A DNA stretch of 60,178 nucleotides, the filler included, from Sphacelaria rigidula (lineage: Eukaryota): assembly GCA_964200075.2 (NCBI GenBank). It is 8 parts of 8 records of this genome, joined end to end, with 100 filler letters (N's around TTAATTAATTAA, not from the genome) between each part and the next. Parts side by side here need not be neighbours in the genome. Positions count along the whole stretch, not along the records: positions 22,606 to 30,040 come from CAXNAA020014930.1; positions 30,141 to 37,575 come from CAXNAA020014931.1; 6 more parts are not named here. One strand, given 5' to 3'. The notes beneath the pieces were generated by a model. That model was not told where the DNA came from and made no database searches. It worked only from the letters and a program-made list of their open reading frames with translations. The position numbers and the translations under genes were made by a program. Within the stretch, counting starts at the first letter, position 1. Each line of letters opens with the position of its first letter. Below, one piece after another: positions 25,805-37,675 of the stretch.

Positions 25805-26085
25805 ATTCCAATTTTCGAATTGGTTGTTGTCTGAGGCTATTCTAGATTCGGCATTAGATTTCTGTGACAGAAAACACTCGTTCTTTTCTGAATATATTTA
25901 CTCTTCAAAAAACAAGTAGAACTTTAAAACAAACAAGGAGAACTTTTCAAAAAACTGCTCAAAGCGTGACCCCATTATATGGAGTACAGGCTACTACACT
26001 CAACACAAGACAATTTTGCAGTGGTGTATGGAGTACAGAGTACTACACTCAACGCAACACAAGATAACACAGCAGTTCTGCAGCA
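25805..26085. repeat. Dispersed repeat shared (inverted) with 48210-48465
   Basis: TTCGGCATTAGATTTCTGTGACAGAAAACACTC and CCCCATTATATGGAGTACAGGCTACTACAC present in both. Confidence 0.75.
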
Positions 26086-26289
26086 TCACGAGATATCACG
26101 CGCCGTTCTAATCGAGTTTGCTAGGGCGGGAAACAAGTGACAAAGACACGGTAAAACAGCACGCGAACAGACCACGACTTCAAGGGGGGCGGCAATCACG
26201 CGCAAGGGGGTATTGGTACCGCGTTCCGCACGAGAAGGAGGAGAAGCAACAGCAGCAGTATCAGCAGCATCTTTCCTGCCCGTAGATGT

Positions 26290-26420
26290 ATACGCTGCTG
26301 AGGGTGGGTCCAAATCAACCGGTACTGATTTGTGCGTGTGTCAGCGCTGTCCAGCACGGTGGCTATCACTCGCAAGGGCGTGGGTGTTGTCGCACGGTCG
26401 ACACGCGGGCCGTCCACGAT

Positions 26421-26468
<48 letters not shown>

Positions 26469-26580
26469 CGGCGCCGGTTGGTTCAGACCAACCCCCATTC
26501 ACGTACATTTGCTGGCAATAAATATGATGCTGATACTGCTGCTGCTGCTTCTCGTGCGGACGGTCCACGGCACTTAGCAG
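26290..26580. repeat. Dispersed repeat containing (CAG)n/(CTG)n, homologous to 51685-51885
   Basis: ATCACTCGCAAG..GCGTGGGTGTTGTCGCACGGTCGA...ATCAAGAGCAGCAGC shared. Confidence 0.75.
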
Positions 26581-26949
26581 CCCCCCGCATACACACAAGA
26601 TCTAGGGGACCTAGTTTGATATTTTGCTGGCGTTGTGTCAGCGGCCCGAAAATCCCCCCTCCAGAGCGGAAAATACCTTATTTTTGTACATTTGGGTTAT
26701 TTGCGAGTCAGCATCACGCTCAAACGCGAAAACAAAACTTGGCGACGTAGCTTGGGTGTGTGGGAAGCGCGCGCAAGAAACTGCAGTCCAATCCCCCGCT
26801 TCGGTGTCGAGTTGTAAGCGTTGCGCGATCGGCACTTTTGGGTTGAGGATCAGTAGCGTCTTTCAAGGTCGCAGTTGGCAAATTCGAAAAAATCGGTGCG
26901 CATAGTTCTCTTCCTGCCGCAAGCAAGTTGTGTCGATATGCACTTTGGT

Positions 26950-27510
26950 TGCGTGCCCCCAGGCGCTGCTTTGTTCTATGCGGCTGTGCACAAAGGGCAA
27001 TTTCGCCTTTCAACGGCGAGTATCCTTTGAAGTGCTGAATTACAGAGGGGGAGTTGACAGAAGAAAGACAAAGCTGGCGACTGCTTCATGTCAGGGCTCC
27101 AGTGCAGAAGCCAAGGCATCGAGAGCGATTTTAGTACGAGTATGTGCGTTACATCTGCTGGCGACCGCGGTCATGTATTTAGTAACTATCTGTATATACT
27201 ACTATTAATAGTATCAGAATGAGATGCAAACTATGCGGTGTTTGACAAGCTTCGTTTCGGGCCGCGTGTTTTTTTTTCTAGCGGCGAGCAGTGTGTGACG
27301 GGTGGCATTTCATTTTGTGTCATGCCACCAGGTGCTGCTTCGTTCTGTACTGTTGTGCACAAAGGGCAAATTCACCTTTCAATGGCGAGTAGCCTTCATG
27401 TATTGAGTTGCAGAGAGCGAGGTCACACATGAACTTCGGATTTGTGTCTGAGGATTCCAGCGGAGAAGCCAAGGCGCGAAGAGTGATTTTCATTTCAGAC
27501 TGCGCATCAT
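26950..27510. repeat. Two diverged direct repeats of about 180 bp (near 26955 and 27325)
   Basis: GTGCACAAAGGGCAA.TTC.CCTTTCAA.GGCGAGTA present twice about 370 bp apart. Confidence 0.65.
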
Positions 27511-28259
27511 GTATGCCTAGGTCGGCAGAGCCACGATGTTTCAAGTGACTGCCTGTACATACTGAAAATAGGGAAAAAATGACGTTGAAGATGTTGATCT
27601 GGACAGAGAGAACCAGACGGTGCCCAAGCGGCTGATAAGATGGGATTCCTTCTACTCATGCAATGACCCTGACCCCATGGGGCCCATGAAAAATTCACTC
27701 TCCGATCCCGCAGTCATAGCTATGTGTAGGACATGCAGCGCGTAGACAATCCACACAGCGTGAACGTCTTGATCGTCAACATCGTCAGCATCGTTCTCAT
27801 AGTTTTCGGATGCGCGACGCTGCTGCTCATGATCTCCAAATTTCCGTACTTTCTCGTTCTAGCACCTTGTCAGGCACGCATTTCACTGCAGTTACGTTGG
27901 TGTGTAGCGGCCACAACACCTGCTGTTCGTGCTCTTGTCTTGTTGTATTTCCAATGACAGTAAACGTGGGGTGGTAGCTCGGGGGCGTGTGCTTCCCGGC
28001 TGGTACAGACAAAGGCAGGACACTCGCTAGTGCAACATGACTGATGAGACAAATATTTCAGGCACAAACACTGACACTCCATGCACGCACCATCCTTCCG
28101 ACCAAAAGCTTGTCCCACAGGATTATCACCGGGTGTATTTTAGCACCTTTGTTCAAAACGCGAAACAGGATGTGTCAGATGTCATACCCGAATTCGGCCC
28201 GATCTCGTCAGTGGTACTGTAACTCTGGATGATGCTTCTTTTACGGCCAAAATAGGTTT

Positions 28260-30040
28260 ACGTAGTAGAGCGCGTGCAAGCTGTCATTTGATAGCTCTTG
28301 CACTACCAGACTCTGGTTCACCTCAAACGTTCATCACCGCCAGCTGCTGGCAACAGATGATCAACGCGGGCGCGGCGGACGAGCATTGTCTGTCCACCGT
28401 GCACCCTCGTGTGTTTGGTGGCTTTGGTTCCTCCACATCTCTTACGGTCAATCAATCGGTGAGACTAAGTGTACAATTCTACCAGGATACTACTCCCACT
28501 GCTCGGTTGTCCGCATGGGCACTAATGGTGCCCGACGGTTCCATGTCTTTTGATGTTTTGTTGGGTCGAGATAGTTGGCTTCGTTTTTCCACACATACGT
28601 ATACGACGGACACACCTGTCCCGAACCGTCCAGTAACAGGCAAACTGTCTCTGGGTCACTTCGACACTGATTCGGGAGCTCATGCTTATGAGGATGATCC
28701 CACGAAAGCAGGTAATGCTTTCCGTGTGTACTATGTTGGTGAACCGGTAATCTCGCTTTCTTGTGAACCCCAACTAATACAAGTGAACCTGGTGAGACGC
28801 AAAGGATCGCCCGCCCTCACAGGGCATTATTCGGTCGAGTTGCTCAAACCTGACCAAGCACAGGTTGGTCCGTTTGAACAGACCGAAGTCTTTGTCCACG
28901 AATGTAGGCAGGCCATTTACCTCACGTCCTCGGCATGTTTCGATATAATCAACGGTGGGTTCTTTGGGTTATGCTCAAGCGCCTTTCATACGAACAGCCC
29001 TGTCAGATGTGTGTGTCCCTGCGAACAACAACTCGCCGACCGACCCCCCGAAATCCACGGGCCCCACTCCGCTACACACGTCTGACCCCATGGTGGTGAC
29101 AAATCCATCGGATGCGCCTGACCCCCAACCCCCAACTGCATTACTGGATAGAGTTTCTTCAGAACAACGCGCCAGTTTTCAAACGTTGTGGGATGACATT
29201 CCCCCTCACTTACGGCATATTGTTTTTGATCTATCTGGCGATGGTTGGACACCCACTGCAGTCGATAGAGTGAGATCCATCTTGATTAGATATTCTGAAC
29301 GGTTTTCTACTGCACCCTTGGATTTAGGTCGATGTACCACGACACCGTTCAAGATCAAGCTTCCTGATGGCACTCCTACTATCGCTATGCGTCCGTACGA
29401 ACCCCCTTTTAGCGGATAAGATCCACGTAATTCTCGATGGTTACTTATCTGCCGGTTTGATTCGGCACTCGACGTCTCCGGGGGCCTCGCCTCTCGTAGT
29501 CGTCCGTAAGAAGAATGGCAAAATCAGACTGACGGTCAATTATCAACGATTGAACGCTGTCACCAAAATCGCCCGGTTGCCACTTCCGCGGATTGATGAA
29601 ATAATTGACTCTCTTGGCGGGGGTAAAGTGTTTTTGAACTTTGACATGCAGTCCGGCTACCACCAGCTCGTGATGGATCCGAATTCCATTGAACTGACAG
29701 CGTTTTGCACGCCATCAGGTTTGTACGAGTGGTTGCTTACACCACAAGGTGCCGTCGGAGCTCCAGGTGCGTTTCAACGTGTAATGTTCCGTGTAACTGA
29801 TGGATTGCCCAAATGCCATCTGTACCTTGATGATGCGGTGTGCCACGACTCCACACCGGCCGAGCACGTCGAACAGTTGACATCATTCTTCAATCGGTTT
29901 GAAGAACACAACTTGAAACTCGCACCCTCCAAATCCCGCATTGGCGCCACGAAGATTGAGTTCTTGGGTCATTGCATCACCCCCGAAGGTCGTAGCCCAA
30001 ACCTCGACAAGGTCGCCGCACTCTCCGATATGCCCATGCC
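28260..30040 (+). mobile_element. Ty3/Gypsy LTR retrotransposon pol (aspartic protease plus RT), frameshifted and truncated by contig end
   Basis: Protease ALPDSGS...LLGRD; RT SPLVVVRKKNGKIRLTVNYQRLN, LPRIDE, FDMQSGYHQ, TAFCTPSGLYEW, YLDD, FLGH. Confidence 0.95.
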
Positions 30041-30140
30041 NNNNNNNNNNNNNNNNNNNNNNNNNNNNNNNNNNNNNNNNNNNNTTAATTAATTAANNNN
30101 NNNNNNNNNNNNNNNNNNNNNNNNNNNNNNNNNNNNNNNN
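30041..30140. other. Artificial contig spacer
   Basis: N44-TTAATTAATTAA-N44. Confidence 0.98.
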
Positions 30141-30296
30141 GGTCCCACAGGAGGAAGGTCAACACAGGAGTTGTTTCTTTTTTATTTGTTTTTAGTACCC
30201 CCCCTTCCTTCTGCGGTGCTTGCCTTTTTATTTTTTATCGCGAAAGGGGATCAGCCGTCCCGTTCCCTCGTTGACCGATAAGTCGAATTTTGTGTG
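30141..30296 (-). mobile_element. SINE fragment
   Basis: Homologous to 7715-7870. Confidence 0.7.
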
Positions 30297-31292
30297 GGAC
30301 TCTCGATTTCGTGTCAGAACTTCGTTTTTCATTTTACCGCTGTGGTAGTCCGGTTGTGATAGCGTTGCCTGCTATCATATATTGACTGACCTCACATGGG
30401 ACAAGAGGGTTCTTCGGTCTACATGTATGCTTCAGAGTGATGAGGAGACTGATCTAGAATGTGGTATAGGAACAAATGCTGAGCATCGAGTCAACCGGTC
30501 GGAAGCACATACCGATAAGCCACTCATCTTGCGTAATCGCGTGTTGGGAGTGGAAACACTTTAGTATCTAGGGAGTGTGAAGGGCCCGATATGACATTAT
30601 TCTTGACAAATGCTCTGAAGGGCTCTGTCTGCTGTTTATTCGACCAAAATATACGATTTCTCCTCTAACGCTCGACCCTCTAGGCACCAATCTCCTCTAA
30701 ATTGTGTGTAAAATCGAGTCACACAGTAGCATCAGTACCCTCGAAGCAAGCAGTTTTTCCACGAAACGATAGTGACCACGACATTGGAGACCTCTTATGT
30801 CACCTCTACATACATACACATTTGCCCGGATTGGATATACTAGAGTTCTCTGCCCGTATTGACGACATACATTTCTCTCCCCATAAGTTGCGCGATACTG
30901 ACCATGAAACACTAGCGATCCAACCTTTGACCAGGCTTAGTTTCTCGTGGGAGAGGGTCAAAAACCGGTATGACCCATGACATGTTCGACATGGCAACTT
31001 CGACCGGGGGGGGCAAGTTCGAGAAATGGCCAGATGCGGCAGTTTACTGAGAGACAGTACTCCGAAATCAGCTTCAATCACCCTCGCACTGTTCATTGCC
31101 CCACACTCGTTCAGCCTTTGGGGGGAAGGGGGAAGGGGGGGGGGGGGGGGGGAGAAGGACATAGAAGGGCCGGAAAGAAAAAGTACGCAGACAACAGTAA
31201 CAACAATAAGGTCCCTGACAGCNNNNNNNNNNCGAGATGGGCCCCTGGCGCGCGTCCTTACTCCCCACCGGCCCTCGGCCGCGGGTTGCGGG

Positions 31293-31341
<49 letters not shown>

Positions 31342-31836
31342 GGGGGTATACGATATGTACCGCGCAGACAGTAATATTCTAGTAAACAACGTCACGGACA
31401 TTATGTTCCTTGCAGTATACCCCGTTATGCAAGCGATATTCCATCGCACGCAGTGCAACTAGCACACCATGCTGCTCTCCCTACATTAGAGTGCCCCAAG
31501 AACGCCGTTCCGCAAGCACAGGCTATGACGAAACGAGCATTGCAAACACTTTCACGTGGCGAGAAAACTACAAGAATAGCCAGAAAACCTTGCCGGAACC
31601 ACTTGGCGGGCGGTAACATCCCCACAAGAATGTGCACCGCACATAAACGCATTCCCCTCGCGTGGTGCAGTACATGCCTACCGATGGACCGCTTTTCAGA
31701 TCCCCACGCTGAGCTGCGGAGACGATAGACGACGCAAGAAGCTACCGACACCACAGCTACGTGTCCACTTTCCCCCCCCCCCCCCCCCTCCCCAAGCAGA
31801 CGCTGGTCGCTATAAACAGCATGCCCATAAGGCGCC

Positions 31837-32181
31837 TCAGCCACCACGTCCCGGCAGAGATATGCCCTTGTCTTCACTCCACTGCTCAAAGAATGCCTTG
31901 GCTCTAGCTGCCGACACGGAATCCTTGGCCATGTAGTAGCTCATACCTCCGCCCTTTCTCGCACGATCCGCCGTGTTGCCCTTCTTGCCGTTGTCCCCTC
32001 CAGCGGCTTCGGCTGTTGCTGTCGCTTCGGGAGCGGTGGCGGCACCTGCGGCGACCAGTAAGGCTAGCGCTGCGTCGGCACTATCTTCGCCGGCCCATTG
32101 GAGACCCAGAACCGGTGCGGACGATGCTATGAGGGACATCTCTTTCGGCGAGCCGTCGAAAAATGATTTGCTCTGTGTCTG
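31837..32181 (-). CDS. RP2: RP2/XRP2-like protein, last exon (NDK-like C-terminal domain)
   Basis: APVLGLQWAGEDS...YYMAKDSVSAARAKAFF resembles RP2 GPVIALEFNGDG...FVSESKETA; TAGCAG acceptor. Confidence 0.8.
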   Translation of the reverse strand, partial: QTQSKSFFDGSPKEMSLIASSAPVLGLQWAGEDSADAALALLVAAGAATAPEATATAEAAGGDNGKKGNTADRARKGGGMSYYMAKDSVSAARAKAFFEQWSEDKGISLPGRGG

Positions 32182-32560
32182 CTAGAGATGGCGGGTTTGT
32201 TGTTCGTACGGAGGAGTGCGTTGTTTGGAAGTATAAAGTATGAGAGTCCAGGGAGGTGGAGGGGAAGGGGGAGGAGTACGCGGCCTAGTGTATCCTAGTA
32301 ATTTTTCATGGGGGTATCCCCTTCAGGTACCGGGGGCGGTACGTAGGACGGGGCATGTTGCGGGTTATTTGTGTGACATGGAACTACTACGCCTGTACGT
32401 CACCCGGAGGTATTTGTAGGTGATTAGCAAGCCGACATAACAAACCGCTAGTGCTCTACAGGAGGACAATATTTGTTTGTATAAGTGCCGACAGTCCAGT
32501 TGTAGATTTCGTCGAGTGTATCTGAACCATGACCACTCCACCAAGGCTACTTCAACTCAC

Positions 32561-32739
32561 CGGCTGAGGCCGGAAAAGCTTGGTCCTTAGTAGCCTGCTC
32601 CTGAACGCGGGAGTAGGGGGTGGCTGGCTACGAGGACTGCCCACGGCGGCTAGAAGTTTTCCCAAGACGGCGTCGATGTGCGCCGGCATGACCACCACGA
32701 AGCACGTTTGCTCGTCGGGTTTCAAATCTCGAATTCCGG
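32561..32739 (-). CDS. RP2: RP2/XRP2-like protein exon (AGIRDLKPDEQTCFVVVMP...)
   Basis: TAG acceptor, GTGAGT donor, phases consistent; DEQTCFVV resembles RP2 DESCLVV. Confidence 0.8.
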
Positions 32740-33236
32740 CTACTCGGACGTTGTTGGTAGTACATGGGTCAGTGAACAGTTGAGCGGTGGGGATGTATCA
32801 GGCATGTGACAGTGCCGTTGCTGCTGGTGACCGTGGCGATGGCGGTGGTGGATGATGACAATAGTCAAGGTAGGACGCGTCGATCTCGGCGAGATCTGTA
32901 TTTGGCATCGCTGTACGCGCTTCGTGGCGTGTTTTTAATCTCATTGATGACGTAAAGTTGTCTGCCATCGGTTTTCTGTGTATTAACACGGGTCGTGTGT
33001 GATATTGCCAGTCTTGTTTCTGAGCGCCAACATCTCCGGGCGTGAAGCGAGTGTCCTACACGTGGTGGCCCAGCTTTCTCTATGACGGGGGCACAACTTT
33101 TGGGTATAAATTGTAGCCGCAACATCGGAGCGGGGCATGTCACTAGCTCATGCAATGGTGAGAGGTGTGTTGCGAGCTAGCAATGATGCACCAGCGCTTG
33201 ACAAGCAAGCCCACCGAAGTGCAGGCTGTTTCTCAC

Positions 33237-33325
33237 CGGTAAGAGGAACCACGGCTCCATTAGTGTTCTCCGTGTACCCCACCCTCTGCCTCACCGCGTC
33301 AGGCAAACCACGACGGGTATAATCC
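33237..33325 (-). CDS. RP2: RP2/XRP2-like protein exon (RDYTRRGLP...GAVVPLT)
   Basis: AAG acceptor, GTGAGA donor; in phase with both neighbours. Confidence 0.7.
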
Positions 33326-33580
33326 CTTGTTTAGCCGGCAAGGCGGGAAAATAGAAAGCGAAAGGGTATTGAAGGACGAAGCTCTTAACATCGACTACAG
33401 GAAGAGCTGGTGCTTTTCATTTGTACAAGTCGACTTGCAGGGTGTGCTGAAGCAAATCTCTAACTTTGGCCTCACCCCAGCACGATACAACTTTCTGTGC
33501 CTGTCGACGTAAACGGGTTCCTGCCGCTCCAGACTACTCTACTCGCTACCACTGCTACAGCAGAAACTTCACTGGTTCAC

Positions 33581-33700
33581 CTATGATGCGAGTCTGGAGG
33601 AAGGCACGACCAGTCTCCATTCCCACCGGTGAAGTTGAAGATCTGACTCCAATTGTTGTTCCAAACCGAAATATGGGCAGCAGTGAACTGCCCGGCTAGA
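33581..33700 (-). CDS. RP2: RP2/XRP2-like protein exon (SLAGQFTAAHISVWNNNWSQIFNFT...)
   Basis: TBCC C-terminal NNWS.I..FT motif. Confidence 0.9.
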   Translation of the reverse strand, partial: SSRAVHCCPYFGLEQQLESDLQLHRWEWRLVVPSSRLAS

Positions 33701-34118
33701 CTGGGGATGGTTTCGCGGAAGTAGAGAGGATAGGACGGGTGGGAGCCGGGGTGGGGAAGGGGGGGGGGGAGAGTTGAGAACGATGAGTTCGAAACAAATG
33801 AATTTCGCACCGTCCGCAACCATGTCTGCGTATTGTGTACGACACACTAAGTTCACTCGCCCATGGTTAACGGTTAACACCCCAAGCGTGTGTAACGTTG
33901 GTCCTGTCTCACATTACCCACTCGACAAGAGCCAGAAACGTAGCCTGTGTGCGCAGGGCAATCGCATCACGTATGTGTGTGTCGACGCGATCAACCAATA
34001 TGTAACTCGACGCCTGTGTTACTACCATCGCGCAGAAGATTCTACCGCGCGTGAAACGCACGGAGTGGGCAGTGAACAGCTTGCATGTATTTGGCGAGAA
34101 GTCGAGTCATGTACATAC

Positions 34119-34283
34119 CTGAAGTAGTCAAGCGTGTAGCAAGCGAATCGAAGATTGCTGGAGGACTCGATTGCTGGCTGAGTCGCGCTGAACAAGAAAA
34201 ACGTGCAGCTAGTGCAATCCCGGGCGCGAAACTGTTGAGCAGCCACTACCACCGTGCAGTCCTTGCAGTCGCGGATGAACACA
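34119..34283 (-). CDS. RP2: RP2/XRP2-like protein exon (SVFIRDCKDC...QQFRARDC...ATQPAIESSSNLRFAC)
   Basis: TBCC domain with the catalytic QQFR arginine and TQP.IE motif. Confidence 0.95.
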
Positions 34284-34869
34284 CTTTGAAAAGGACGAGA
34301 ACAGAAAGGCGCGGGAGACGGTCGAGGGCAAGGGGGTAGTGGATAAATCCATACGGATCGTTGTCGCAGCTATGCTTGAGATACTGGGAAAAACACATTC
34401 TCTGGTCATGTGGGACAGGGGAAGCGCGGAATGAAGACGCCGTTATATCCGTAGGCAGCAAAATACGGGATATTGGGTCTCTTTCGTTGGGGGGGCGGTT
34501 CGTTCGAAACCTGCTTGCGTTGCTATTCGTGTGAAAGAAAATGTATGGATCCAACCCAGCAATTGATCATCATGCGTTGCGTTAGCTAACCTTTTTCTCT
34601 CGGATCACAGAGTGTACAACTCATCCCTTGACTTAAAATTCAGCCTGTACAACCGAGTGGCGGACAGCTCATTGGCGGCCGTGGGAAAAATGACACGTAT
34701 ACGCGTGGACAGGGGGGGGGGGGGGGGGGGGGGGGGCACTCATGATCTTGCGTGCCGTAGTCAGAAGACCATTGAGGGAGGGGAGGCGGCATGAAGCTCG
34801 TCTCGTGGAGTTGGTCACGGCGATAGTACTAACTCAGGATAAGCCGGGTACAGTTTTCATTGTTGGCAC

Positions 34870-35021
34870 CTTGATTCACACGGGCCCGCGAAGATCCTGC
34901 AGTCCGTGGAAAGATCAATCGTGAGTGCGGCTGTGTGGTCAAGAAGGTAAACGTCGCAGTCAGAGCACTCTTCGACTATGAACTGTTGCCCGCCAATACT
35001 TCCAGGTTCCCTTACCAACAC
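34870..35021 (-). CDS. RP2: RP2/XRP2-like protein exon (VLVREPGSIGGQQFIVEECSDCDVYLLDHTA...GPCES)
   Basis: PG.I.GQQF motif characteristic of the RP2 TBCC beta-helix. Confidence 0.95.
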
Positions 35022-35424
35022 CTGGGAGGACAAAACGACCAAAGGCAGCAGAACCGACGGCTAGTTGAGGCATAAAGCATTATGCGCGTTTTACTTTAGC
35101 TAAGACGAGAATGTCTCTGGGAGCACAGGACCGGACGAGAAAACACGCTCGAGAAAGCAGCTGCAACCTACGACTTACTTTGTCTTCGGATGTCTTTGCC
35201 AGCGCCAAACCTGACAAAAAGCGCGTCCCAGGCTCTGTATGCAAGTACTTTCTTCATACTGTCGTCATATGCACACCCGTCAGGCGTCGCGTTTTTCTTG
35301 TATGTTTCATCGATTGCCGGCACATTTATGCACATACATATTAGCACATATGTATTACATATATTTATCCAATCCCTTCACTTCCTGGGGACGACTCTGT
35401 GGTCTCCAGGGATCAACCCATCTC

Positions 35425-35532
35425 TTAGGCTTAGGCTTAGTCTTAGGATCAGTATTAAAATTAGGCTTAGGGTTAGGCTTAGGGTTAGGCTTAGGGTTAG
35501 GCTTAGGGTTAGGCTTAGGGTTAGGCTTAGGG
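35425..35532 (+). repeat. Interstitial telomere-like array (TTAGGCTTAGGG)6 with degenerate lead-in
   Basis: 35461-35532 is six perfect 12-mers; lies in an RP2 intron. Confidence 0.9.
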
Positions 35533-36222
35533 CAGAGTTAGCTCTCCCGCACCGTGTCGACTGTCGTCAAACGAACAATCTCCTTTCGATCCTCACGTCC
35601 TCACTCTTGTAGTCACGGAATCAGATTATTCGCAAAAAAGGTTCAACTCAACCCATTTAGCGCGAATCGAACTTTTTGATCACCGAGGCGCGGCGGCAAG
35701 GCACATGAAGCTCAACAAACGCTGTTTCAGATGAATCTTGCTCCCTCCCACCATGGCATTACGTCCCGTTCACCCTCCGAGGGCGCACACCTGCATCAAC
35801 TAAACTGCTACAAGAGGCAGCTGAGCTACTCTGAGCAGCGGTTCACACACACACACACCGCATGCTGCAAGTTTTTCAACGGTCGTGGAGGTAAGGGGTT
35901 TTTGTCCCTATTTTCAAAATAAGAGCGTTGCACAACCCAATTTCCTCATCTTGGTTGAACATGATGGTCGGTTGACCTTGCCACAGACTTTGAGTGAGCT
36001 CCGTCGACTATTATACCCATCCGAAGTAAACGATCTGTGCAAAAACGTGTGCAAACGATACGGTAGTACCACCGCACGGTGGCACAGGTTTGCCGGGTAA
36101 GTAAGCGGTGGTGGGGCGTTCCTGTAGTGCTGTCGTAACTCGCGGTACGGGTGTGTGCAGAAGCTTTAGCATACTAGTATTTCTCGTCGGCTACTCTTTA
36201 TTTTGGCGGGGTCCGTTGTCAC

Positions 36223-36332
36223 CTCTTTCTGTTTGCCGGAGATGATGAAATTTTTGGGGTTTAGCTTCACTTTCCCAACTTCCGCGCCGCTGTCCTTGTT
36301 GTCGCTGCTGCTGCTCTCCACAGCCTTCTCAG
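36223..36332 (-). CDS. RP2: RP2/XRP2-like protein exon (EKAVESSSSD...KLNPKNFIISGKQKE); first exon not found
   Basis: LNPKNFIISG resembles RP2 VDPKDYMFSG; CAG acceptor, GTGAC donor, phase 0 to the next exon. Confidence 0.85.
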
Positions 36333-36674
36333 CTGCCGTATTAACGAGGAAACGGTTTAGAAAAACACTAAGTCAGGCGTATGCATCGTGTTTCGGGGAG
36401 CTTGCCGTCTATTCTGGCGCGTACGCCACCTACTGAAGGTAGAAACCACGCCATTAGCAAAATTCGACCTTCAAAACGCTGTGTGTGCAACAAAGTGTAG
36501 CCCATCATGCTACTTGGGGAGCCTCGCTTTATTGTGGAATTTTCATCCGGGATGTGATATCCATCAGTGATATCATATCCATCTGGAACATCAAATCTTG
36601 GATATCCGTCCATCTGGGATTTTCAGCTGGGAGTCTATCTGGGATGTTCACATCCGTATCCCAGACTCATGCCG

Positions 36675-36885
36675 CGATAGCCCCCCCAGAAAAAGTGGCT
36701 GGCTTGAGGAGGCCAAATCTACACGGAGATTAAAATGACAAAAATCGAGCACTCCGAGCAGCTGGGAACTTCCACACTTAGGATCGTTTTTGTCAATGTC
36801 GCCCAAATGAGATGCTTCATGTAGTCTGAAATCAGCTATCATGCGCGGTACGATCATTTCCTTCGTAACAGTTTTGGGACTTGTT
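36675..36885. mobile_element. MITE family B copy
   Basis: Homologous to 25365-25611. Confidence 0.65.
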
Positions 36886-36889
36886 CGGG

Positions 36890-37525
36890 AGGATGTACTC
36901 ATGATCTTGCATGCCATAGTCATATGACCATTGACCTCGCATCCACACAAACCCGGGACTGAGCACGCCGGGTTTTCGCCGGACCAGGCTCGCAATCCAA
37001 CCACCAAGCGCAAAGCACCGTGGTGTGTTTGGCGAGCCGTGTGAAGGGTTAGCTGCATCCTGCTAAGAGTGTTCGGCCCGAAGCCTACTGATTATCTTGC
37101 GTTTGAATGACAGCCTAAATTGAGTTGCTTCATTTTCTAGTATCGCCACTTCCAGAGACAGCCACGGCTTAGACACTGCCTCATGGATGCCTCACCATTT
37201 CAACACCATGTAGTACGATTATCCTCTTTGCGCGGAGTTGAGGTTCTCCCATCCCGCACAATATGATCTAGTTTGACCGCCATCATGATTAACGCAAAAA
37301 AAACGCAAGCGTGAAAAAAAAACGGTAGCCTGGTTGCCTAGCTTACGCAGTGAGTGGCGTGCTTCACAGTATCATCGCCAACCGACACCAACCCCATAGG
37401 GGGTCCGTCCCTACAAAGCCGGGACAGAGCACGCCGGGTTCTCGTCGGACCGGGCGAGAAATTAGTCGGGGGGGGGGGGCGTACTCATTTGTTGCTTGCC
37501 TTTGTCATTTGACCATTGACCACGC
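36890..37525. repeat. Dispersed repeat family A copy plus a second terminal fragment
   Basis: Homologous to 13015-13520; internal motif CCGGGAC.GAGCACGCCGGGTT near both 36950 and 37420. Confidence 0.75.
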
Positions 37526-37575
37526 ATCCCTTTCGAGACGGAGCATCGGGGCCGGGGGGGGGGGGGGTACCCATC

Positions 37576-37675
37576 NNNNNNNNNNNNNNNNNNNNNNNNN
37601 NNNNNNNNNNNNNNNNNNNTTAATTAATTAANNNNNNNNNNNNNNNNNNNNNNNNNNNNNNNNNNNNNNNNNNNN
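37576..37675. other. Artificial contig spacer
   Basis: N44-TTAATTAATTAA-N44. Confidence 0.98.

Noticed and set aside
26286-26750. Poly-Q/poly-A/poly-S protein ORFs
   Set aside because: The (CAG)n tract is part of a dispersed repeat also found at 51685-51885.
31223-31345. Long G/C homopolymers (also 7390-7435, 45055-45085, 56798-56970) as G-quadruplex regulatory elements
   Set aside because: They sit at N gaps or contig ends where base calls and run lengths are unreliable.
37540-37575. ATGGGT at the contig end as the RP2 myristoylated start (MG)
   Set aside because: Runs straight into a C homopolymer beside a repeat terminus; no credible exon.
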